Of a stretch of DNA of 47,736 nt, positions 10,855-41,796 are shown piece after piece. The DNA is from Macrostomum lignano (lineage: Eukaryota), in contig NIVC01004387.1 of the NCBI GenBank assembly GCA_002269645.1, forward strand, positions 1-47,736. Direction: 5' to 3'. The stretch's first letter is position 1; every line of letters starts with the position of its first letter. The notes beneath the pieces were generated by a model that saw only the letters and a list, made by a program, of their open reading frames with translations, was not told where the DNA came from and did not search any database. The translations under genes and the position numbers were made by a program.

Positions 10855-10901
10855 TTGACCAAAGGGGGGCACATGCCCCCCATGTTCCCTCCTTTGGTCA
10901 A
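10855..10901. repeat. Short imperfect palindrome (21-bp arms, 2 mismatches)
   Basis: ttgaccaaaggggggcacatg ... catgttccctcctttggtcaa. Confidence 0.8.
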
Positions 10902-11552
10902 GGTCAGGGTCAGGTGAATGGGCAACTCATTGCAAGTCGCGATTTTCGTCTTAATGTGCGGTATGTAAACCAAAGGATAGTTGTTAGCGAGCCACCAGTT
11001 TCCAATCCAGATAGCTATAGTTTTAGAACTCCATGGATATATGTTCACCGAAGCATGACGTCAACGCGGTTCTTTTATTTCTTAGAAATTTCCGCCGCCG
11101 TTTAAAAATAAAAAATGGAAGTTTTCTGACTGCAAGAGATAGGAGAGCAGTGACGCGCAGATATGTAGTCAAGTTTTTTCAAAGTATTTGCAGCACTTTA
11201 CAGGCAATTGTTGTGCAATTTTATTTCAGATTGTCTGTCTGCTTAACCGCGCATGCGACTGTTCAGTAGATGAAGCGAGTGCGTAGCAAATATAATATTT
11301 GGAAGCCATTTTACACTTAGAGCAAGCAATTTAATTAATCAGTGGGGAAGGGAAATCACGCGCTATAAGATTGATTTCTTAGTAGTCTATGGCCCAAACT
11401 ATGGGCTCTGAGGCGACCAATATAGTAATCGGAGCACTAATTTAATCATTTCCAGTGTCACTGGTGCTGGATTTGTGGAGTAAGCAATAAAGCACAAACA
11501 TTTAGAGAAATATAAAACTGAGCACACAACTGAGCTGAAACTAAAGCGTAAC

Positions 11553-11636
11553 TACACCTTTTCATGTTCAATTTTGATCAAAGTCCAGTTCTAAAAAAAG
11601 CTAGCGGAAATTCAATTCAGACAATTTAGACTGGGG
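11553..11636. mobile_element. Solo copy of the 83-bp arm of the foldback element at 20809-21036
   Basis: Near-identical to 20809-20891 (tacaccttttca...agactgggg). Confidence 0.85.
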
Positions 11637-11934
11637 CCCAGTCTAACCCACAGACAGATAGCAGGAGAAAGAACTGGGTGTGCTAGAATCAGTGAGAGAA
11701 AAGTTTTTTTGCTGGCTCTACGCTAGTTATAAGCTGCTGGCGCGGGGGGGGCGAAGTCTCGCGAACGAGGGATTCCAACCATAGACAGTGAGAATTTGGC
11801 CTCCACTGAAGGAATGGAGAGTGAGCCATCTAGTGTTTATAGAATCTGTGGTCTAACCCCAGTTCAAAACATTATAACACGACGAAGTGTGCATTTAACA
11901 ACATAGTCTATGGCCAAACCGTGGTAATCTATGG

Positions 11935-12123
11935 GCCGTATGCAGAAAGCCTAGTCCAGACTAGCTAGTCCGTACTTGGGTAGTTCAGTCTATAGTCTAT
12001 GGTCCAGCTAGCCTAGTTCTGCTATAGTAGACTGGTCTAACTTTGTGTTTCTGCATACCAAATCCAAGTCTAGACTAGCTTTTCAAGACCGGACTACCCT
12101 AGACAGAGATTTCTGCATACGGC
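11935..12123. mobile_element. Small MITE-like element with 14-bp TIRs
   Basis: gccgtatgcagaaa ... tttctgcatacggc, with internal ctagact/agtctag motifs. No clear TSD. Confidence 0.55.
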
Positions 12124-13199
12124 GGGCCCATTAAGTAAACAGAGTTTGAAAGTAAGCATGCGGTCCTAAAATATAGTCAGCTCACGCGTAGTTCGATCTG
12201 ATTCACTTCAGTGATTAAAAATGCAGTTGTGCAGTAAACCGTAGATGTTGTAGATCACTGTAGACCTGCCATTGCCAGTAGTGTTGGTCAGCGTCGTTGC
12301 GGTGGTGATATTATTTGTTCCACTGTGTTCAGAGACTGGCTCATCACTGTCAATGAATCGATCATCACAACATGTTTCTCTTGATTAGGCGGCTCAACAG
12401 TGGTGTTAGCAGGCTATTGGGCTTTAGGAGTCACGTCACAGCCACGAAGCAGTGCACGTTACATTCTTAGTTCTTACACAAAGCAGGTTTCCAGTAGTTC
12501 CTGGACATTTTTTCCAGATATTCCATCTGTAGGCCTGTAGAGGTGTAGAAATCTTGGACTCAGGGAATGCATCCTTGATCCCTGATAAATCCTTGAGGGA
12601 ATGCGTCAATAAATCTTTGATTTGATCCGTGGACATTCCAAGAAATAATTTCATTTGGAAAGTGCAGCAGGTCGATTATTTTTCTTTTCTCGGTAGTTCC
12701 ATTCTCTTTTTGAGTCAGTAAAGCTAGCTCTGCTTTATTCTTCTCTCTCTTCTCGTCTTCAACGTGCATCTAACGAGACTGCAACCTTTTGTCTATGGTA
12801 ATTCGTAGTATTTAAATGTAATTATATATAGCTGCTGCGTGCTTTAATAGTCTATGGCACTCTTGCGATTAATCCTACATTCTAACCGAAATGTTTCATT
12901 GAAATTGTTAGATGCTAAATGGTATACGCGAAATTATTGTGTTATTATTCATCTCGCTGCAGCATTGCGATAGAGAATGGTCTATGGCCCTATCGTATTG
13001 TTGCATCTGAATGAGCACAGCTCGCTCGGTATTAAAATAAAATGAAAGAAAGAAGCAGCCGAAGGGGAGAGCAAGCTAAGGCTTTAAAAATTTTACCTAA
13101 AGGCCGGCTACACAAATTGTCAAACTCGGAAATTCTCTTTGAATTTGAATTTCTTTGAATTCTTTTGAATGCAAAGAAAGTCTTCTAATTTTTCATTTT

Positions 13200-13532
13200 T
13201 ATATTGTTTTTCAGCTCGTTTTTACTGGTTTATAATGACCTTCAGCTGTAGGAGTGTAGAGGGACTGTATGCACCCATTGTCACACAGCCAACGAGAGGC
13301 ATTGCTGCCCATTCCGCCAACTCCGCTTAGTGTACAGCGGCCCTAACTTTATTTATCGTTAAGCATGTACACATCACTGCGCCTTGGGGGTTGGTCCTTC
13401 AGGGCGTTAATTGCACGAGCAGAGCCAAGCCGAGATTCCAAATTAGCCCCAAATTAAGTTGACTGCACTTGGAATCGAGCCTGGGCCGCTGGCACATCAG
13501 AGCGCCACGCGGGACCGCTGGGCTACGCCCTC
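13200..13532 (-). mobile_element. Putative tRNA-derived SINE
   Basis: Minus strand has an A-box TAGCCCAGCGG (13525-13515) and a B-box GGCTCGATTCC (13481-13471) 33 nt apart. The acceptor stem cannot pair, so this is not a tRNA. The 3' boundary is approximate. Confidence 0.5.
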
Positions 13533-14311
13533 CGAGATGTAGAGAAGATAGTGTTAGGAGACAGAGAGCAAAAAGTTTTGAACAATCCGCTTGGCTTTCA
13601 GCATACGTCAAACAGTTAAGTCTGTCCACTGAAACAGACTTTTTGTTCCAAGTTGCAATCGAATTGCTGCAGAGATTTATTGCTTCTGGGCAAGTGCTTA
13701 TCTGTTCAGTAGCTAAGTGTCGGGGGTTTCAGGCTCTAGATTGTCCAGCAAATACACGAATAGGCTCACACATTGCTTTGATTAAATTTACACATGCAGC
13801 AAAAATAAGTGCTTAGCAAAGCGAATAGAAAGTCGGCTTGAAGCGACAACCGTCTAAATAATTGAAAACAGAACAACGGGTATAAAAAATTGATTTTCAA
13901 ATTATTCACCGAAACTGCAAAAAACTGAAGCACAAAACCAAGTCTTGTACGGTAAATTAGTGCTTCCAATTAACACGCGTCTTGCACAGCAATTGACTAC
14001 AGGGAACTTGAAGATTTTAGTGAGAGAAGAAGAAAACTAAATGGAGGTAGGTAGAGCATGAAAGTGCCGGAATACAATGTTTAACAAATAAAGTATTCAT
14101 AGGGACTCGCGAGGCAATGAGGGAACACAGGTTGTTGTCAGGCTAAAAGCCAGAATCAAAGGTATAAAAACAAACGGTTTACGTGTGGCTGCGCGACTAG
14201 TCTCGCTTTCGATGTGTTTCGCTTTGTCGCTGGATTGCTTGTTTAGGCTTGTCCCGCTGGTTGCCGCAGCGCCGAGATGAAGGAGTTGGAGGCTGGTGAA
14301 GGTTTGCCGAG

Positions 14312-14650
14312 TGGGTGTATGCGGAGTGGGGTGTATGCGGAGTGGGGTGTATGCGGAGTGGGGTGTATGCGGAGTGGGGTGTATGCGGAGTGGGGTGTAT
14401 GCGGAGTGGGGTGTATGCGGAGTGGGGTGTATGCGGAGTGGGGTGTATGCGGAGTGGGGTGTATGCGGAGTGGGGTGTATGCGGAGTGGGGTGTATGCGG
14501 AGTGGGGTGTATGCGGAGTGGGGTGTATGCGGAGTGGGGTGTATGCGGAGTGGGGTGTATGCGGAGTGGGGTGTATGCGGAGTGGGGTGTATGCGGAGTG
14601 GGGTGTATGCGGAGGGGGGTGAATGCGGAGTGGGGTGTATGCGGAGTGGG
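14312..14650. repeat. 16-bp G-rich minisatellite (cggagtggggtgtatg), about 20 copies, probably in the Delta 3' UTR region
   Basis: Direct periodicity. Confidence 0.95.
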
Positions 14651-14813
14651 TAGGGGTGGCTGCGAAGGGGGGTGGGTGTGGAGGAGGGGTGGGTGCCAGA
14701 TGAGGGAGCGCTGCCATTGCAGGAGTGGCTACAGAAGGGCCTGTTGTAGTCGGGCCGGCAGTACCAGGAGCGGCGCACAGGGCGGCAGGGGGAGAGGCAG
14801 CCGCAGCAGATGG

Positions 14814-14954
14814 TCAGGCCCAGCCGTGGCCAAAATCGCAGCTGGGAATGCGGGTATGCCGCATGGCTACAGAGGCGCTTTGCACGAAGGACGAGCTGAG
14901 GCCGGCCCGGCTCACGGTTGCCAGGCGGCCGCTGAACTGCATCGACGAGGAAGG
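14814..14954 (-). CDS. Candidate terminal exon of the Delta-like gene (frame unresolved)
   Basis: GC-rich exon-like block after a cctgcag acceptor near 14955. The coding-looking frame (PSSSMQFSG...GHGWA*) needs phase 0, but the exon-9 donor is phase 2. Confidence 0.35.
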   Translation of the reverse strand, partial: PSSSMQFSGRLATVSRAGLSSSFVQSASVAMRHTRIPSCDFGHGWA

Positions 14955-15483
14955 CTGCAGGCGGGGTCGCGACTGACCGGGCCGCATTCTGGGTGGGGAG
15001 AATCGCGAGGAAATTATCGTTACACTACTGATAGTAGCAAAAACCATGCTCAATTGCCAAGTTCTGCTCGAAAAGCGAGATCCTTAAGACCTTTTGGTTC
15101 AAGGAAAATTTGGAAAATGAAAAAGTTGTTAAGTCCCAATTCACAGAACAGTTACTGAAAGTGGCCAGTCCTTTGTCCGGGGGTGTGTCTGCCACTTCCG
15201 GCTCTTTGGGTTTCACTGTTAATATCCTCGTATCCAACGGGAGCTACGCAACTCAAGAAAGCTCATTTCCGTTGGCAAGGTCCTGCTTAACAAGGGTCAG
15301 AATTTATTCTAAATGCATGAAGACTTCGTTAGCAAAAGAATTGAAGAGAATCAAACTGACATCAAGTGCGATTTCAATCGCCAGAAAGATCTGCAAAAAT
15401 TTCGCTTTGGCAACGCGCCAAGTTAGGGGAATAATTGCTATGAGTTGCTATGCAGCATTTATAGCTCAATGTTGCAAATGAGG

Positions 15484-15946
15484 ACGGTCAGACACACGGC
15501 CAGATACAGTGAGACACACGGTCAGACACTCAGTCAGACACAAGGTCAGACACACAGTCATACACACGGTCAGACACACAGTCAGACACACAGTCAGACA
15601 CACGGTCAGACACACGGTCAGACACACGGTCAGACACACGGTCAGACACACGGTCATACACACAGTCAGACACACAGTCAGACACACGGTCAGACACACG
15701 GTCAGACACACGGCCAGGCACACGGTCAGACACACGGCCAGACACACAGTCAGACACACGGTCAGACACACGGTCAGACACACGGCCAGGCACACGGCCA
15801 GACACACGGTCAGACACACGGCCAGACACACAGTCAGACACACGGCCAGACACACGGCCAGACACACAGTCAGACACACAGCCAGACACACAGTCAGACA
15901 CACGGCCAGACACACGGTCAGACACACGGCCAGACACACGGCCAGG
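15484..15946. repeat. 12-bp minisatellite (cacacggtcaga), about 38 copies, immediately after the Delta exon-9 donor
   Basis: Direct periodicity; reads (RVSD/G)n in the Delta frame. Confidence 0.95.
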
Positions 15947-15953
15947 CCCGTAC

Positions 15954-34589
<18,636 letters not shown>

Positions 34590-35167
34590 CCTGTCGACAT
34601 TGCCAGAAGCGAGCCAGTGGAGTGAAGCAACTGGCGGCGAAGCGACCGGCTAGGAAGGCAGTGAGTCTGAGACTTTAGGGGAGAGAATTAGCCGAGCTTC
34701 TTGGGAATCGCAGCCGGATCTAACAGTGCGCCTGCCTTTTCATAGCGGAGAGCAGACAGACAGAGACCTGAATTGGGGAAGGCACGCAGCCCCCCGCCTT
34801 CGCCTTTCCTTTTCTATGGTTTGCTCAGCGCCCATTGGTCCGAGTCGCTTTGGCAAAGCCAATAAAGCGGGAGTAGCTTAACAGGGTACCATTGAGGCTG
34901 AACAATGGCCAGTATCTCGGCCTAAACGCGCTGGACACTGGTACCCAGCTGCCAAGAACGTGGAACTTGTTAGTTCTGCATTTCAACAACCCCCTGTTAA
35001 AATGCACGTGCGATTTCCATTCATGTTGAAGGCCTTTGGGTGCGGGGGAGGGTGGGTGTTGGCTGCCCATTTCAGTTGGTACGAAATTCGACCTAAAAAA
35101 TCTGCCTTTAGTGCCGGATAGATGATACAGCTCATGGCTGCGGGCCTTCTGCGTGTTTGGCACTTCA

Positions 35168-36960
35168 GAGAGAGGAAGGAGAGGGGAGGAGGAAGAGGAG
35201 AGAAGAGGGGAGAAAAAAGTAGAAGAAAAGAGAGGAGAGGAGAGGAGATGAGAGCAGAGCAGATAAGAAAAGATAAGAGGGGATGAGAGGAGATGAGAGG
35301 AGATGAGAGGAGATGAGAGGAGATGACAGGAGATGACAGGGGATGAGAGGAGATGAGAGGAGATGAGAGGAGATGACAGGGGATGAGAGGAGATGAGAGG
35401 AGATGACAGGAGATGACAGGGGATGAGAGGAGATGAGAGGAGATGAGAGGAGATGACAGGGGATGAGAGGAGATGAGAGGAGATGACAGGGGATGAGAGG
35501 AGATGACAGGAGATGACAGGGGATGAGAGGAGATGAGATGAGATGAGAGGAAATAAGAGGAGATGACAGGGGATGAGAGGAGATGACAGGAGATGACAGG
35601 AGATGACAAGAGATGAGAGAAGATGAGAGGAGATGAGAGGAGATAAGGAAAGATAAGATGAGATGAGAGGAGATGAGAGGAGATAAGAGGAGGTGAGAGG
35701 AGATGAGAGAAGATAAGGAAAGATAAGAGGAGATGAGAGGAGATGAGAGGAGATAAGAGGAGGTGAGAGGAGATGAGAGAAGATAAGGAAAGATAAGAGG
35801 AGATGAGAGGAGATGAGAGAAGATAAGGAAAGATAAGAGAAGATAAGAGGAGGTGAGAGGAGATGAGAGGAGATAAGGAAAGATAAGAGAAGATAAGAGG
35901 AGGTGAGAGGAGATGAGAGGAGATAAGAGGAGATGAGAGGAGATGAGAGGAGGTGAGAGGAGATAAGGAAAGATAAGATGAGATGAGAGGAGATGAGAGG
36001 AGATAAGAGGAGGTGAGAGGAGATGAGAGAAGATAAGGAAAGATAAGAGGAGATGAGAGGAGATGAGAGGAGATAAGAGGAGGTGAGAGGAGATGAGAGA
36101 AGATAAGGAAAGATAAGAGGAGATGAGAGGAGATGAGAGAAGATAAGGAAAGATAAGAGAAGATAAGAGGAGGTGAGAGGAGATGAGAGGAGATAAGGAA
36201 AGATAAGAGAAGATAAGAGGAGGTGAGAGGAGATGAGAGGAGATAAGAGGAGATGAGAGGAGATGAGAGGAGGTGAGAGGAGATGAGAGGAGATAAGAGG
36301 AGGTGAGAGGAGATGAGAGGAGATAAGGAAAGATAAGAGGAGATGAGAGGAGATGAGAGGAGATAAGGAAAGATAAGAGAAGATAAGAGGAGGTGAGAGG
36401 AGATGAGAGGAGATAAGGAAAGATAAGAGAAGATAAGAGGAGGGGAGAGGAGATGAGATGAGATAAGAGGAGATGAGAGGAGATGAGAGGAGGTGAGAGG
36501 AGATGAGAGGAGATAAGGAAAGATAAGAGAAGATAAGAGGAGGTGAGAGGAGATGAGAGGAGATAAGAGGAGATGAGAGGAGATGAGAGGAGGTGAGAGG
36601 AGATGAGAGGAGATAAGAGGAGGTGAGAGGAGATGAGAGGAGATAAGGAAAGATAAGAGGAGATGAGAGGAGATGAGAGAAGATAAGGAAAGATAAGAGA
36701 AGATAAGAGGAGGTGAGAGGAGATGAGAGGAGATAAGGAAAGATAAGAGAAGATAAGAGGAGGTGAGAGGAGATGAGAGGAGATAAGAGGAGATGAGAGG
36801 AGATGAGAGGAGGTGAGAGGAGATGAGAGGAGATAAGAGGAGGTGAGAGGAGATGAGAGGAGATAAGGAAAGATAAGAGGAGATGAGAGGAGATGAGAGG
36901 AGATGGTACGAGTTGGAGGGGAGGAAAGAGGGGAGGAAGATGAGGATAGAGGATAGATGA
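35168..36960. repeat. Polypurine 10-mer satellite (gagatgagag, with variants gataaggaaa and gaggtgagag), about 1.8 kb, upstream of Delta
   Basis: Direct periodicity with block duplications. Confidence 0.97.
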
Positions 36961-37754
36961 GAGGGGAGAGAATAGGAAAGGATGGAAGAGTGAATGAACA
37001 AATATGAAGAAGATGCGGCAGGACAAAGAATTAACGCGGATATTTTCTCTTGCTTTGAAAATAAATTCAAGTCACATGCGAGTCGTGCTGCATCGGGGTC
37101 GCCATCATACTGCTCAAATCAGAAATATGAGTTTGGCTTGTACCCGCACCTGTAGATAGATAGATGCTCTATCAAGACCTCATTGTTCCAGCTTTCCCCT
37201 ACAGCATTGAGATGAAGCGCGGCAGCTGCGGCGGGCCAATTGGGAGTCAACGATGGGAGAACTGGCGCTAGTTGGAGCAGGTGTATTGCTGTACAGTGTA
37301 GGGCGTTGATGAATTATTCATGGGCCTGTGAAAACAACTCAGCGAGAGGGAATACACACGGGGTGGGGCCCGGGGGGAGGCAAGCTTTTGAAATCGATCC
37401 CAAAAAGAACCCCCCCCCACTTTCTTTATACAGCTATAGCTAACTCAATGCTTTGTGTGTCTGACAGTTCTGAATGCAGGGATGCAGGGCAAACAGTATT
37501 TCATGGCTTTTGCCAGGATTTTTCTTGCGCAGCCCGAATGCAAATCGCCTTTTCTCTGGGAATATTGGCGGTGCATGTGCCCCGAGAATTGGGAAGATTT
37601 CGACTTGATACGATTACTTTAATTGTGTTTATTTAATTGAGGGCAAGCAGTGTTTATCTTAAAGAAACAGTTGCTAGGTATAGAAGCATATCTAACCTGG
37701 CCAATTCTTAGGGACCCACCGTACAGAAACGCCATCCTTCAGGTATTCGTGAAC

Positions 37755-38012
37755 CTTGGTGTACATGTGCAGGTAAGCGCAATCTTTGGTGTACATGTAC
37801 AGGTAAGCTTTATCTCTGGTGTACATGTACAGGTACGCACCAGCTTTGGTGTACATGTACACAGGTAACGCATCAGCTTTGATGTACATGTACACAGGTA
37901 ACGCATCAGCTTTGGTGTACATGTACAGATATGCATCAGGTTTGGTGTACATGTACAGATATGCGTCAGATTTGGTGTACATGTACAGGTACGCAGCAGC
38001 TTTGGTGTACAC
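37755..38012. repeat. ~30-bp degenerate minisatellite with the palindromic core tgtacatgtaca
   Basis: Recurring ttggtgtacatgtacag units. Confidence 0.9.
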
Positions 38013-38761
38013 GTATGCCCTTTAGTCAAAGCAAGCTGGCGTCATCCTTAAGATGGACTCTCAATAAAATGCAAATGCCGCACATTATGCCTTTCCATCG
38101 TAGTCATAAAATATTGAACCAAAAACTGGAAATATGAGAATAAATTTATTTCTCAAAGGTGTACTTAACAAAAATCTGTGCCATACAGAATTTGTGTGCC
38201 CCCACACCCAGTTCTTCTCCGACCCGTCAATAAGCCAGCCAAGCCCCCCAATAGCTGAATGGCCGTCTCTACACACGTGAGTAAATAACCGTAAGGATTG
38301 AAAGCTTATCCACCTGCGCCTCAAACGCATTTCAAGCGCGCGACGCGGCACCGGGCTAGGCGAGACTCGTGCGGAGCTGGCACTCGATCCACTTTGCAAC
38401 AATTCGGCTCGTTTAAATCAACACAGCTTCGCCTGCCGCCTGTTTGCTTGACGTCGCCCCTCGTATCCAATAAATTGTCTTACTATAGCTGTTCCTCTCT
38501 CCCCCATTGCGATTGCAGTTTGCTTTTAGGTGCCAGACAGTTATAGATCGAATTTTATGACTATTTACTGACTTATTATATGCTCGGTGAATGCCATTTT
38601 GCGCTGGGGCGTCGTCATAATTATGTTTGGAGAGATTTTATAAGATTTTATAATATTAAGAAATAGTGCTGGCTTGAAAAAGGAATATACAGAGTTCTGG
38701 GTGCTGTCTTGTAGAGACAAGAGGAGACACTGCGGTTTATAGAGGGTGCTATGATCTGTAG

Positions 38762-40600
38762 AGAGCGGATGTCATGGTGTGTAGAGAGAGGGTGTCATGG
38801 TCTGTAGAGAGAGGGTGTCATGGTCTGTAGAGAGAGGGTGTCATGGTGTGTAGAGAGAGGGTGTCATGGTCTGTAGAGAGAGGGTGTCATGGTGTGTAGA
38901 GAGAGGGTGTCATGGTCTGTAGACAGAGGGTGTCAATGGTCTGTAGAGAGAGGGTGTCATGGTCTGTAGACAGAGGGTGTCATGGTCTGTAGAGAGAGGG
39001 TGTCATGGTCTGTAGAGAGAGGGTGTCATGGTGTGTAGAGAGACGGTGTCATGGTGTGTAGAGAGACGGTGTCATGGTGTGTAGAGAGAGGGTGTCATGG
39101 TCTGTAGAGAGAGGGTGTCATGGTCTGTAGAGAGAGGGTGTCATGGTGTGTAGAGAGACGGTGTCATGGTGTGTAGAGAGACGGTGTCATGGTCTGTAGA
39201 GAGAGGGTGTCATGGTCTGTAGAGAGAGGGTGTCATGGTGTGTAGAGAGAGGGTGTCATGGTCTGTAGAGAGAGGGTGTCATGGTCTGTAGAGAGAGGGT
39301 GTCATGGTGTGTAGAGAGAGGGTGTCATGGTCTGTAGAGAGAGGGTGTCATGGTGTGTAGAGAGAGGGTGTCATGGTCTGTAGAGAGAGGGTGTCATGGT
39401 GTGTAGAGAGAGGGTGTCATGGTCTGTAGACAGAGGGTGTCAATGGTCTGTAGAGAGAGGGTGTCATGGTCTGTAGACAGAGGGTGTCATGGTCTGTAGA
39501 GAGAGGGTGTCATGGTCTGTAGACAGAGGGTGTCATGGTCTGTAGAGAGAGGGTGTCATGGTGTGTAGAGAGAGGGTGTCATGGTCTGTAGACAGAGGGT
39601 GTCAATGGTCTGTAGAGAGAGGGTGTCATGGTCTGTAGACAGAGGGTGTCATGGTCTGTAGAGAGAGGGTGTCATGGTCTGTAGAGAGAGGGTGTCATGG
39701 TCTGTAGAGAGAGGGTGTCATGGTGTGTAGAGAGAGGGTGTCATGGTCTGTAGAGAGAGGGTGTCATGGTGTGTAGAGAGAGGGTGTCATGGTCTGTAGA
39801 GAGAGGGTGTCATGGTGTGTAGAGAGAGGGTGTCATGGTCTGTAGACAGAGGGTGTCAATGGTCTGTAGAGAGAGGGTGTCATGGTCTGTAGACAGAGGG
39901 TGTCATGGTCTGTAGAGAGAGGGTGTCAATGGTCTGTAGAGAGAGGGTGTCATGGTCTGTAGACAGAGGGTGTCATGGTCTGTAGAGAGAGGGTGTCATG
40001 GTCTGTAGAGAGAGGGTGTCATGGTGTGTAGAGAGACGGTGTCATGGTGTGTAGAGAGACGGTGTCATGGTCTGTAGAGAGAGGGTGTCATGGTCTGTAG
40101 AGAGAGGGTGTCATGGTGTGTAGAGAGAGGGTGTCATGGTCTGTAGACAGAGGGTGTCAATGGTCTGTAGAGAGAGGGTGTCATGGTCTGTAGACAGAGG
40201 GTGTCATGGTCTGTAGAGAGAGGGTGTCATGGTCTGTAGAGAGAGGGTGTCATGGTCTGTAGAGAGAGGGTGTCATGGTGTGTAGAGAGAGGGTGTCATG
40301 GTCTGTAGAGAGAGGGTGTCATGGTGTGTAGAGAGAGGGTGTCATGGTCTGTAGAGAGAGGGTGTCATGGTGTGTAGAGAGAGGGTGTCATGGTCTGTAG
40401 ACAGAGGGTGTCAATGGTCTGTAGAGAGAGGGTGTCATGGTCTGTAGACAGAGGGTGTCATGGTGTGTAGACAGAGGGTGTCATGGTGTGTAGAGAGAGG
40501 GTGTCATGGTCTGTAGAGAGAGGGTGTCATGGTGTGTAGAGAGAGGGTGTCATGGTGTGTAGAGAGAGGGTGTCATGGTCTGTAGACAGAGGGTGTCAAT
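38762..40600. repeat. 23-bp satellite (tggtctgtagagagagggtgtca), about 80 copies
   Basis: Direct periodicity. Confidence 0.97.
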
Positions 40601-40604
40601 GGTC

Positions 40605-40945
40605 ACTGGTCACTGGAAGGGGTGCCATGGTCACTGGAAGGGGCGCCATGGTCACTGGAAGGGGCGCCATGGTCACTGGAAGGGGCGCCATGGTCACTGG
40701 AAGGGCGCCATGGTCACTGGAAGGGGTGCCATGGTCACTGGAAGGGGCGCCATGGTCACTGGAAGGGGCGCCATGGTCACTGGAAGGGGCGCCATGGTCA
40801 CTGGAAGGGGCGCCATGGTCACTGGAAGGGGTGCCATGGTCACTGGAAGGGGCGCCATGGTCACTGGAAGGGGCGCCATGGTCACTGGAAGGGGTGCCAT
40901 GGTCACTGGAAGGGGCGCCATGGTCACTGGAAGGGGCGCCCTGGT
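40605..40945. repeat. 21-bp minisatellite (tggtcactggaaggggcgcca), about 16 copies, contiguous with the 23-mer array
   Basis: Direct periodicity. Confidence 0.97.
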
Positions 40946-41796
40946 CAGGTTAGTTCACGTAACTATAGCTAATAAAAATAGGCCTATGCATCCAGTCTGG
41001 CACTGTCCGTGTAACTGATGTTGCATCGCAGCCTTCACAAACAGCAGATAATTAGTGAGCGAGTTGCATGCCGCAAAGGCAGGGCCTGGATTGCCCCCTC
41101 CGTCTCTGAAGCCTCTCTCTTTCTTCCTGTCTTGTTGTTCCTAGAAAATTAGCGAGAGCTTAGCAAATAGGCTAATCAGAAGTCTGCACCTGTCACAATA
41201 TCCTCTCTTTAATCTTTCCAATGCCTTCAAGTCTTTCACTTGCATGGCTGTATAGGAGCTTTCTACTGTAATTTCATCATAATTGTCAGGAACCTCTCTG
41301 TTTTTGCGACCCCAGACGCAAAAAATACAAAAACTATATGAGTTTTAGAATAATTGCATATATATTACAGAATGCGGGGCTGCTTACAGTCATGCAAGCG
41401 CATGTCTTTGAGCTGCTATTTTACCAGTTGTATAGTACCGCCCCTTCTCAATATACCTTTGTATAAAGCTATTGTAGTCGGAGGCCAGATTTTCTCACGC
41501 TAAATTGCTCCGCTGTCGTAAATGGTGCCGTGAGAGCCTGTCAATAGTAAACAACCACTTTAGAGCTTGAGTATAGTTGAACTCCTCTTATACCAACTGA
41601 GCATTCGTCTCTTATAATGTACACGTCTGCTCGAATGCAGCTGCAACTTCTAAATTGCTTCTGTTGCTGTAGTTTGTACCGCATCTTAACAAAAAAACAA
41701 ATCGCAAAGTTTGTTGCAATTTTTAAAACAAGTTGAATTTTAAAGCTAACGTTTTGTCTCAGGGTCCTTGTCCGAAACCATAGAAGTTCTTTAGAA

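Noticed and set aside
13460-13532. tRNA gene
   Set aside because: A and B boxes are present, but the acceptor and anticodon stems do not pair, so it is treated as a SINE head.
14277-15158. Plus-strand 293-aa ORF and the 83-aa MATEGPVV ORF
   Set aside because: These are a 16-mer repeat translation plus the antisense shadow of GC-rich Delta 3' sequence; no recognisable domain.
15110-15481. 123-aa plus-strand ORF (MENEKVVK...)
   Set aside because: It has a non-ATG start, no motif I recognise and no splice support. It may be a TE remnant, but I cannot support that.
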